IMG/VR virus record: IMGVR_UViG_3300036802_000167
Span: 1 to 27,254 of that record
Reading direction: 5' to 3' (one strand)
DNA: 27,254 bases
Origin: a virus
Taxonomy: Duplodnaviria > Caudoviricetes
The notes under the pieces are model-generated. The model did no database searches and was not told the origin of the DNA. It worked only from the letters and a program-made list of their open reading frames with translations. This document shows positions 1-6,232 of the stretch, in pieces (within the stretch, counting starts at the first letter, position 1; every line of letters starts with the position of its first letter). The translations under genes were made by a program, and so were the position numbers.

Positions 1-2
1 CG

Positions 3-620
3 GCCCGGCTGTACGCCGGGAACACCACGACAGGGACCGCCACGCGGTGGACGCTGATCGGCATCACCAGCAGCACCATCGAGCTGACCCGGTCGATCGG
101 GAACCTGGCGCAGGTGATCACCTGCACCGCCGGGTCCATGGCCGGCTTCAACAGCGCCTGGGCGAACGGCGGCACGAACGGCGGCACCGAGCCGTGGCTG
201 CCCGGCTACAACTGCTCGCCGCCGGGGCTAGTGCCACCGGACCAGGCCACGCTGGACGCCTGGGCACGCGAGGCGGAAGCCGATCGTCACCGCCGTGCTC
301 GTGCGTCCGTGCGGGCCAGGGAGCTGCTGCTGTCAGTCCTGACCGAGGACGAGGCCCGGTCGTACGCCGAGCACGGGTTCTTCGAGCTGCGCGGCTCTGC
401 GGGCGGCTGGTGGCGGATCCGCCGCGACGGCCAGGCCGGCAACATAGACGAGCTGGAGCGCCCCGGCGGCCCGCGGACCGCGACGTGGTGCTGTCACCCG
501 CCGGGCGGCCTGCCCGACCCCGACGCGCACCTGGCGCAGCTGCTGCACCTGGCCACCGACGAGCCGGGCTTCCGGGCGACCGGGAACCGCACCCCGCGGC
601 GCCAGCTGGCAGCCGCATGA
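3..620 (+). CDS. Phage-type conserved hypothetical protein (5'-truncated by window edge)
   Basis: The frame of track ORF 114..620 stays open back to base 3 with GC3-rich codons. The C-terminal domain (ELLLSVLT..GFFELRGSAGGWWRI..WCCHP..DAHLAQLLHLATDE..F) resembles an uncharacterised phage family. Confidence 0.7.
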   Translation, partial: ARLYAGNTTTGTATRWTLIGITSSTIELTRSIGNLAQVITCTAGSMAGFNSAWANGGTNGGTEPWLPGYNCSPPGLVPPDQATLDAWAREAEADRHRRARASVRARELLLSVLTEDEARSYAEHGFFELRGSAGGWWRIRRDGQAGNIDELERPGGPRTATWCCHPPGGLPDPDAHLAQLLHLATDEPGFRATGNRTPRRQLAAA

Positions 621-624
621 ACTA

Positions 625-699
625 GTCCCCGTAGCTCAGTGGACAGAGCTATGGCCTCCGGAGCCGTGCGCGGGAGTTCGAGTCTCCCCGGGGACACCA
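625..699 (+). tRNA. tRNA-Arg(CCG)
   Basis: Acceptor GTCCCCG/CGGGGAC, D arm GCTC-AGTGGACA-GAGC with A20, anticodon arm ATGGC-CTCCGGA-GCCGT, T arm GGGAG-TTCGAGT-CTCCC, encoded CCA. Confidence 0.95.
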
Positions 700-700
700 T

Positions 701-777
701 CGCCGAGTGGCCGAGACTGGCGCAGGCCCGCGCCTGCAAAGCGCGTCACACGGGTTCAAGTCCCGTCTCGGCGTCCA
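701..777 (+). tRNA. tRNA-Cys(GCA)
   Basis: Acceptor CGCCGAG/CTCGGCG, anticodon arm CGCGC-CTGCAAA-GCGCG, T arm ACGGG-TTCAAGT-CCCGT, U73 discriminator typical of Cys, encoded CCA. Confidence 0.93.
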
Positions 778-780
778 CCC

Positions 781-852
781 GACCCCGTAGCTCAGTGGAC
801 AGAGCTGCCGCCCCCTAAGCGGCGTGCGCGCGTTCGAGTCGCGCCGGGGCCA
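781..852 (+). tRNA. tRNA-Arg(CCT), degenerate (C33, A2:C71 mismatch, no encoded CCA)
   Basis: Cloverleaf with acceptor GACCCCG/CGGGGCC, D arm identical to the first tRNA, anticodon arm GCCGC-CCCCTAA-GCGGC and T arm GCGCG-TTCGAGT-CGCGC. Confidence 0.8.
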
Positions 853-881
853 CCCGTGATGCTCACGCTATGACCATGATT

Positions 882-1012
882 GCTGGCGGGCCGGACGAGG
901 ATCGGTTATCGAAGGTTCGACTCCTCCAGGCCCCACTCACGGGGCCTCCCGTTCGGCGGGATCCCTCCCTTACACGGAGGGAAAGCCCGGTCCCCACTGC
1001 ACGCCCGCCAGC
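882..1012 (+). ncRNA. Y-RNA-like gene, copy 1 (permuted tRNA-like domain with a UAC anticodon-type arm)
   Basis: The ends pair (GCTGGCGGGC/GCCCGCCAGC). It carries the shared motifs GGCCGGA-N6-TCGGTTATC and CCGGT-N8-CACGCC, an internal T-loop TTCGACT, and a downstream TCTCTTTTT run. It lies upstream of Ro60. Confidence 0.8.
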
Positions 1013-1023
1013 TCTCTTTTTCC

Positions 1024-1167
1024 GGCCGGCAGGCCGGAAGGAAGTCGGTTATCGCCTTGGGAGCGCGAGGTCGCGGGTTCAAATCCCGCCCGGTTGCGGA
1101 AGTGACCGGTAGCTCAGCCCGGATAGAGCGCGTAAAAACACCGGTTTCCGCCACACGCCTGCCGGCC
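1024..1167 (+). ncRNA. yrlA: YrlA-type Y RNA, copy 2 (circularly permuted tRNA mimic)
   Basis: Terminal stem GGCCGGCAGGC/GCCTGCCGGCC. The T arm GCGGG-TTCAAAT-CCCGC precedes a looped acceptor-like stem and then a D arm TAGCTC-AGCCCGGATA-GAGC, which is the YrlA order. Confidence 0.88.
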
Positions 1168-1176
1168 CCGGAAGCC

Positions 1177-1262
1177 CCTGCTGGCCGGATGGGAGTCGGT
1201 TATCTCTGACCATCAACCAGATCTGCGCGAAAGCGCACCGGTCCCCGTAACACGCCAGCAGG
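1177..1262 (+). ncRNA. Y-RNA-like gene, copy 3 (short; internal GAAA tetraloop hairpin)
   Basis: Terminal stem CCTGCTGGC/GCCAGCAGG, both shared motifs, and internal TGCGC-GAAA-GCGCA. Confidence 0.78.
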
Positions 1263-1279
1263 CTCAACTGAAGACAGGA

Positions 1280-1366
1280 CCCGGCAGGCCGGACAGCGGT
1301 CGGTTATCACACTCCATTCAACGGGATCAGTGAAACCCACCCGGTCGCTACAGCACGCCTGCCGGG
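1280..1366 (+). ncRNA. Y-RNA-like gene, copy 4 (short)
   Basis: Terminal stem CCCGGCAGGC/GCCTGCCGGG, extendable by TGAAGAC 1269-1275 pairing with GTCTTCA 1370-1376. Both shared motifs are present, with the compensatory inner stem AGCGGTCGG/CCGGTCGCT. Confidence 0.78.
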
Positions 1367-1403
1367 CTCGTCTTCACCGGCCGCATCTGCTAGGAGGTGC
1401 ACC

Positions 1404-3074
1404 ATGACCAGGGACGCGCTAGAGCTGATCAGGATCCGGGGCCAGGCCACGCCGCAGAGCGAGCAGGCCCACCCGGCGCAGGTCCGCAACCACGCAGGCG
1501 GCTGGGCCTTCCAGGCGCCCGACGAGGCGCGGGTGCACCGGTTCCTCACTATCGGCACCACGGGCGGCACCTTCTACACCGACGAGCGCAAGCAGACGCG
1601 GGAGAACGGCGAGCTCATCCTGGAGTTCGCCCGGACCCGGTCGGCCGACCTGGTCCGGATGGCCACCGAGGTGTCCGCCGCCGGCCGCGCGCCGCGGAAC
1701 CAGCCGGCGATCCTGGCCCTGATGGCCGCCATGGCCCTGGGCGATGTCGACGGCCGCCAGGCCGCCGAGCGCGCGTTCACTGACGTCGCGCGGACCGGCT
1801 CGCACCTGTTCACCGCGGCCAAGTACACCGAGCAGTTCCGCGGCTGGGGCGCGATCGCCCGGCGCGCGTTCGCCCGGTGGTACCTGACCCGGGACGCCGA
1901 CGAGCTGGCCTACCAGCTGGTCAAGTACCGGCAGCGGGACGGCTGGACGCACCGCGACGTGCTGCGGTCGGCGCACTACTACCTGGCGCAGCACAAGGGC
2001 GACGTGGACCAGGCGCACCGCGACCTGTTCAACTGGCTGGCCAAGGGCGAGACCGAGCGGGACCCGCTGCCGAAGTGGGTCGCGGGCTACGAGCGCGCCC
2101 GGGAGATCGAGCGCGGCTCCGGTACCGCTTCCGCGAAGGCGGCTGCCTACGTGGGCCTGATCGGGCAGTACCCGGGCCTGCCGTGGGAGGCGCTGCCGGA
2201 CGAGGCCACCTCGCAGGCGGACGTCATGCGGGCGCTGGTCGACGCCGGCATGCCGGTCACGGCGCTGATCCGGAACCTGCCGAAGCTGACCCGGCTCGGC
2301 GTGCTCGCGCCGATGAGCTCGCACCTGCGGGCCGTCACGGAGCGGCTGACCGACGCGAACCTGCTGCGCAAGGGCCGGGTCCACCCGGTTGCCCTGATGG
2401 TCGCGGCCAAGGTCTACGCCTCCGGCCGGTCCGAGCCGCGGCTGGGCAGGACGCCCGTTACGTGGGTTCCGGTGCCGCAGGTATCCGATGCCCTGTCCGG
2501 CGCGTTCTACCTCGCCTTCCCGGCGGTGGAGCCGGCCGGCAAGCGGATCATGGTCAACCTGGACGTCTCGGGTTCCATGACCAGCTCGGCCGCGGGCTAC
2601 TGCGTCTCGGCGCGGGAGGTCGTGGCGGGCATGGCCCTGGTGACCATGAACACCGAGCCGGCCTGGGGCGTCTACGGCTTCAGCCACCAGTTCATGCCGC
2701 TGCAGCTGTCCCCGGGCATGCGGCTGGACCAGGCCCTGCGGTACATGCGCGACCTGCCGTACGGCGGCACCGACGCCTCGCTGCCGATGCAGTGGGCGAC
2801 CCGGACCCGTACCGAGGTGGACGTCTTCCAGATTTCCACCGACTACGAGACCTGGGCGGGATCCATTCACCCGCACGAGGCGCTGGAGAACTACCGGCAG
2901 GCGATGGGCATCAATGCCCGGATGCAGATGGTCGCAGTCGCCCCGAACGAGTACTCGTTCTGGCCCCACAAGGTCCCGGAATCCGCCGCGACGGACCTGG
3001 GCGTCCTGGACGTCTCGGGCTTCGACACGAACGTGCCGGCCCTGCTCGCCGACCACGCGCGGGGTAGCATCTAG
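1404..3074 (+). CDS. rsr: Ro60/Rsr ribonucleoprotein (TROVE + vWA domains)
   Basis: 556 aa with an AGGAGG RBS. Ro60 motifs: NHAGGWAF, RFLTIGT.GGTFY, YQLVKYRQRDGWTHRDVLR, MPVTALIRNL, RVHP, MIDAS DVSGSM, GGTDASLPM, TDYETWAG, GFD. Confidence 0.96.
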   Translation: MTRDALELIRIRGQATPQSEQAHPAQVRNHAGGWAFQAPDEARVHRFLTIGTTGGTFYTDERKQTRENGELILEFARTRSADLVRMATEVSAAGRAPRNQPAILALMAAMALGDVDGRQAAERAFTDVARTGSHLFTAAKYTEQFRGWGAIARRAFARWYLTRDADELAYQLVKYRQRDGWTHRDVLRSAHYYLAQHKGDVDQAHRDLFNWLAKGETERDPLPKWVAGYERAREIERGSGTASAKAAAYVGLIGQYPGLPWEALPDEATSQADVMRALVDAGMPVTALIRNLPKLTRLGVLAPMSSHLRAVTERLTDANLLRKGRVHPVALMVAAKVYASGRSEPRLGRTPVTWVPVPQVSDALSGAFYLAFPAVEPAGKRIMVNLDVSGSMTSSAAGYCVSAREVVAGMALVTMNTEPAWGVYGFSHQFMPLQLSPGMRLDQALRYMRDLPYGGTDASLPMQWATRTRTEVDVFQISTDYETWAGSIHPHEALENYRQAMGINARMQMVAVAPNEYSFWPHKVPESAATDLGVLDVSGFDTNVPALLADHARGSI

Positions 3075-3098
3075 AGAGAAGGGCACGCAGAGGAACGC

Positions 3099-3136
3099 GC
3101 AAGACCCCGGGCGTCCGACAACGGCCGGGGTCTTGC
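3099..3136 (+). terminator. GC-rich hairpin after Ro60 (probable actinobacterial-type terminator, no U-tract)
   Basis: 12-bp inverted repeat GCAAGACCCCGG ... CCGGGGTCTTGC, about 25 nt after the stop codon. Confidence 0.6.
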
Positions 3137-3156
3137 CGTACCCGGAGGGAGGGACC

Positions 3157-3390
3157 GTGAGCAGGACCCGGCAGTGGCAGGCGCGCGTCACCTTCCCGAA
3201 CGGCGGCGTGATGACGTTCGGCGTCCAGGCCGCCAGCCTGCCCGCGGCGATCGGCAAGGCGCACAGGATCGCGGCCGGGGTGCCGGGCATCGCGGACCGG
3301 CTGACCGTGACCCGGCTGTACGGCCGGCACCACCCGCTGCGGGCGCTGTCCCGCACTCCCGGCGGAACGGCCATTGGGCCGCCCGGCTAG
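3157..3390 (+). CDS. Hypothetical protein (77 aa)
   Basis: GTG start after GGAGGGAGG, GC3-biased; the 3' part of track ORF 2914..3390. Confidence 0.65.
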   Translation: MSRTRQWQARVTFPNGGVMTFGVQAASLPAAIGKAHRIAAGVPGIADRLTVTRLYGRHHPLRALSRTPGGTAIGPPG

Positions 3391-3598
3391 CGTCCCGGAG
3401 TGGCTGGACGTCATGCCGCTGGACAGCGCGAACCACGTCCGGCAGGCCTGGCACATGATCGGCCACCCGTCGGTCCGCGGCCACCTGGTGCAGCTGGACG
3501 GCCTGGACGGCTGGGAGGCGGATGCGGTGATCGCCGTGATGCGCCGCCGGATCAAGCGGGCCGCGTGGGAGCACGGCGTGATCCTGTTCGGGCGCTAG
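3374..3598 (+). CDS. Hypothetical protein (74 aa)
   Basis: Overlaps the previous stop; GC3-biased codons. Confidence 0.6.
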   Translation: MGRPASVPEWLDVMPLDSANHVRQAWHMIGHPSVRGHLVQLDGLDGWEADAVIAVMRRRIKRAAWEHGVILFGR

Positions 3599-4236
3599 TG
3601 GATCTGCATGTACGGCCAGGACCCGCCGGGCACGTGCTGCTGGCGGATGCCCTCGGTGGAGTTCCACACCACCCAGCAGTACCCGGCCTGGGTGCCGGGG
3701 CCGGCGTTTGAGTGGTAGAGGCAGCCGCAGGCGTTGCAGAAATTCCAGCCGCCCTGATAGGCGGGTCCGGTGATGCCGACGGGGACGGCGTAGTTGTAGC
3801 TGTGCGACAGGTTGTGCGAGTGCTGGCCGCCGTTGCCGGGGCAGGCCGCCGCCGGGTTGGTGCCGTGCCACACCAGCGCCGAGCACTGGCTGCAGAAGTA
3901 CCAGCCGGACTGGTAGCCGGGGGTGCCGGGCAGCCCGCCGGTAGTGCCCTGGTTGTAGACCTCGGAGTAGTTCCAGCCGGGCGCGACGTGCCCGTTGTAG
4001 GGCTGCGCGGGGCAGTCGCCGCTGCCCTTGAAGGCGCCGGTCGCCCAGTAGATCTCGCTGCACTTCGAGCACCAGCCCCAGTTGCCCTGCAGCGAGGAGG
4101 TGTTCGCGGCCCGGGCCGTGCGGGTTCCCGCGGCGAGCAGGAGGCCGCCGGCCGTGAGCCCGATCGCTCCCCGCCCTGCGCCGCGCAGGAAACCGCGCCG
4201 GCCCATCGGCGTATCGAGGACACCGCTACCGGTCAT
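3595..4236 (-). CDS. Tat-exported protein with three QxxWxxCxxC...C...H repeats
   Basis: Signal GRRGFL + hydrophobic core + ARA-A. Repeats QGNWGWCSKC, QSGWYFCSQC and QGGWNFCNAC are each followed by C..H. RBS AGGAG. Confidence 0.85.
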   Translation of the reverse strand: MTGSGVLDTPMGRRGFLRGAGRGAIGLTAGGLLLAAGTRTARAANTSSLQGNWGWCSKCSEIYWATGAFKGSGDCPAQPYNGHVAPGWNYSEVYNQGTTGGLPGTPGYQSGWYFCSQCSALVWHGTNPAAACPGNGGQHSHNLSHSYNYAVPVGITGPAYQGGWNFCNACGCLYHSNAGPGTQAGYCWVVWNSTEGIRQQHVPGGSWPYMQIH

Positions 4237-4248
4237 CGGGGCTCCTAG

Positions 4249-4563
4249 CTAGCTCTCGGTAATCGCCCTGAGACTAACAGTGGCGGGCGCCGGGTGTCCA
4301 GCCTCGGATTCCAGCCAGCGCAGCCATGCCTCGTACCGGTCCGCCGCCGCGCGGTACCGCGCCGCCGTCTCGTCCATCAGGGCCGACTGCCGCGGGTCCG
4401 GGACCCCCCGCGCTGCCTCCGCCCACCAGGCGGCGTCCCGCCGCAGGGCCGCCGGGGAGCACAGCTCCGTGGCCGCGCCCGCGGGAGCGAACAGCGCGGC
4501 CATGCCCCGGAGGCTCCACTGCGGGACCTTGGCCGGGCGGCCGGCGTTCCAGCTAACGGACAC
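4249..4563 (-). CDS. Hypothetical helical protein
   Basis: GC3-biased ORF directly upstream of the Tat protein. Confidence 0.55.
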   Translation of the reverse strand: MSVSWNAGRPAKVPQWSLRGMAALFAPAGAATELCSPAALRRDAAWWAEAARGVPDPRQSALMDETAARYRAAADRYEAWLRWLESEAGHPAPATVSLRAITES

Positions 4564-4892
4564 CGGGCCACCCTACCCCGCCGCCGCCCGGAACGGCCCG
4601 GGACACGCCGCGGCCCTGCGTGACGCCGCGCTGGCAGCCGGTTACGATGACAGCACCTGCCAGGGCACCGGGCAGGGGAAACGCCGCCGGGTCGTGCGCC
4701 CGGCACCTGGCGCCCGGGCTGTTGCATTGGGGGACAGCACGACGGAGGACCCGCCGGGGCGCCCCAGGGCGAAGCCGGCCGGCGGCCCGCACGTCCCGGA
4801 CACGGGACGGCGGCCCCAGCACCAGCAGGGTTACTGCCAAGTGACCCCGGGCCGGGTCCCCGGATGCAGGACTTCCGATCGATCGGAAAATC

Positions 4893-5168
4893 ATGGCCGA
4901 GGACGCCGGCGGTACCCGGCCCGTGCCGCCCCCGCTGCTGCCGCTGCAGACAGACCGGGTGTACGAGCCCGTCATGATCGGCGGCCTGCACATCGAGACC
5001 GCCCGGCTGGCCCGCAGCAGCCGCCAGGCGCACTGGCTGTACGTGGCCGCCACGAAAGGATCAGACCTGCACGCCGGCCGCGGCGGGTTCGGGCTGTCGC
5101 GCGACGAGGCGATCATGGACCTGTTCCGCTACCTGCGCTTCCTCGGCGCCGCCCGCCCGCTGCAGTAG
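4893..5168 (+). CDS. Hypothetical protein (91 aa)
   Basis: ATG start and strong GC3 bias; its 3' end overlaps the convergent ORF. Confidence 0.6.
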   Translation: MAEDAGGTRPVPPPLLPLQTDRVYEPVMIGGLHIETARLARSSRQAHWLYVAATKGSDLHAGRGGFGLSRDEAIMDLFRYLRFLGAARPLQ

Positions 5169-5840
5169 CGCGCCGGCTGCCGGGTCCCGCTGGCAGAACC
5201 ACGGGTGGACCTGCTCGGCGGCGAGCGCGACCCGCACCTGCCGGCCCTGGCGGCCCGCGGCCCACATCACCGCCGACGACTCCACGCCGCCGCCCCACGG
5301 CAGCACCTCCAGCGGCTCGCGGTAGCCGGTGGCGGCCAGCACGGCGCCCAGCGGAGTGCCTGCCTTCAGGCTGGCGATCGCCTTCGACGGCAGCCGTTCG
5401 GTGATCACGGTCGACGTGACGTCGGCGAGCACCCGGCCGTCCAGGGCGAACCAGCCGCGGCGGCAGGCCGCCCGGGTGCCGGGCTCGGCGTGCAGCAGCG
5501 CGCACTGGTAGCCGGTCAGCTCCACGCTGTCCGCGGACGTCCACACCGCGAAGGTGACCGGCGCGCCGGCGATCGCGGAGAACAGCATGGTGGCCGGGCT
5601 GGTGCTGGTGGCCAGCCGCCGGGCGATCAGGTCGCGGCCGTAGACCGGGCCGTCCGTGCCGGGACCCGGCGGGGGCGGCGGGGCGAAGCCGTCCAGTTCC
5701 TCGGTGATCGCCGCGATCCGGTCGAAGGCCGTCCAGCCGGACGCCAGGACCCGCCGCAGGCGGACGACCAGTTCTTCGAGCAGGCCGGGCAGCGCAGGCG
5801 CGACGGCCGCGTCCTCCAGCCAGCGTGTCGACTCGTTCAT
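5061..5840 (-). CDS. Chorismate-lyase (UbiC/UTRA)-fold-like protein
   Basis: Pattern STSPATMLF..AG.PV...ALLHAEPG....RR....DGRVLA...S.V...RLP......L...TPLG.VL resembles the chorismate pyruvate-lyase family. It has an extra N-terminal segment. Confidence 0.5.
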   Translation of the reverse strand: MNESTRWLEDAAVAPALPGLLEELVVRLRRVLASGWTAFDRIAAITEELDGFAPPPPPGPGTDGPVYGRDLIARRLATSTSPATMLFSAIAGAPVTFAVWTSADSVELTGYQCALLHAEPGTRAACRRGWFALDGRVLADVTSTVITERLPSKAIASLKAGTPLGAVLAATGYREPLEVLPWGGGVESSAVMWAAGRQGRQVRVALAAEQVHPWFCQRDPAAGALLQRAGGAEEAQVAEQVHDRLVARQPEPAAAGVQV

Positions 5841-6188
5841 AGGGTTTAACCGCCCGGTTACCTAGCAGTGGATGATCATGACTACGGCCTCCCGGATGCC
5901 ACGCGGCGGCCGGGGATCGTGCGTCCCGGGCCGCCGCGCAGGAAAGAGTCGTGCTGTACTGCTGGCAAACAGAAAGCACATCACTGTGATGCCGCCTGTA
6001 TGGGCCGCAGGCGCCAGCGCAACGAGGCTATCTAGCCGCCGGCAGGATTACCGGCAGCCACCGGCAGGATACGATCCGCTGCCGGTTAATGTCTAGGGGT
6101 AGCCATCCGGTCACGCATCGTGCTACCGTGTCCGGGCGGATGCAGGTTTCGTGACAACTGAATGCGCCTGGCTGGCGCGCATAACCGC

Positions 6189-6228
6189 GAAGGTCCCGCC
6201 CGTTCAACCGCTTACGGGAGGGGCCTTC
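6189..6228 (-). terminator. Hairpin ending the long minus-strand operon
   Basis: GAAGGTCCC-G-CCCGT...ACGGG-A-GGGGCCTTC, 4 nt past the stop at 6233. Confidence 0.6.
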
Positions 6229-6232
6229 CGGC

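Noticed and set aside
625-852. tRNA cluster as a prophage attachment site
   Set aside because: No integrase and no duplicated tRNA 3' end is seen in the window, and phage-like genes lie on both sides.
1056-1133. A fourth conventional tRNA (Pro)
   Set aside because: The T arm precedes the D arm and the acceptor stem is closed by a loop, so it is a permuted mimic rather than a tRNA gene.
494-1267. Short ORFs over the tRNA/Y region (494..739, 870..1112, 880..1209, 906..1154, 1079..1267)
   Set aside because: They overlap structured RNA genes and lack RBS and codon bias.
1313-1325. Possible UCA anticodon loop (ATTCAAC) in Y copy 4
   Set aside because: It has only a 3-bp stem with a G-U pair and A at position 32, which is too weak to claim.
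882-1376. Repeated motifs with variable inserts read as a CRISPR array
   Set aside because: The repeats are bipartite, pair with each other around inserts of very unequal length, and show covariation. No cas genes are present, and the adjacent Ro60 explains them as Y RNAs.
1419-3374. Long antisense or alternative-frame ORFs (e.g. 1419..3374 -, 6834..8327 +, 17971..19410 +, 18965..20725 +, 21525..23045 +)
   Set aside because: These are shadow ORFs expected in DNA this GC-rich. They lie opposite well-supported genes and are Arg/Pro/Gly-rich with no motifs.
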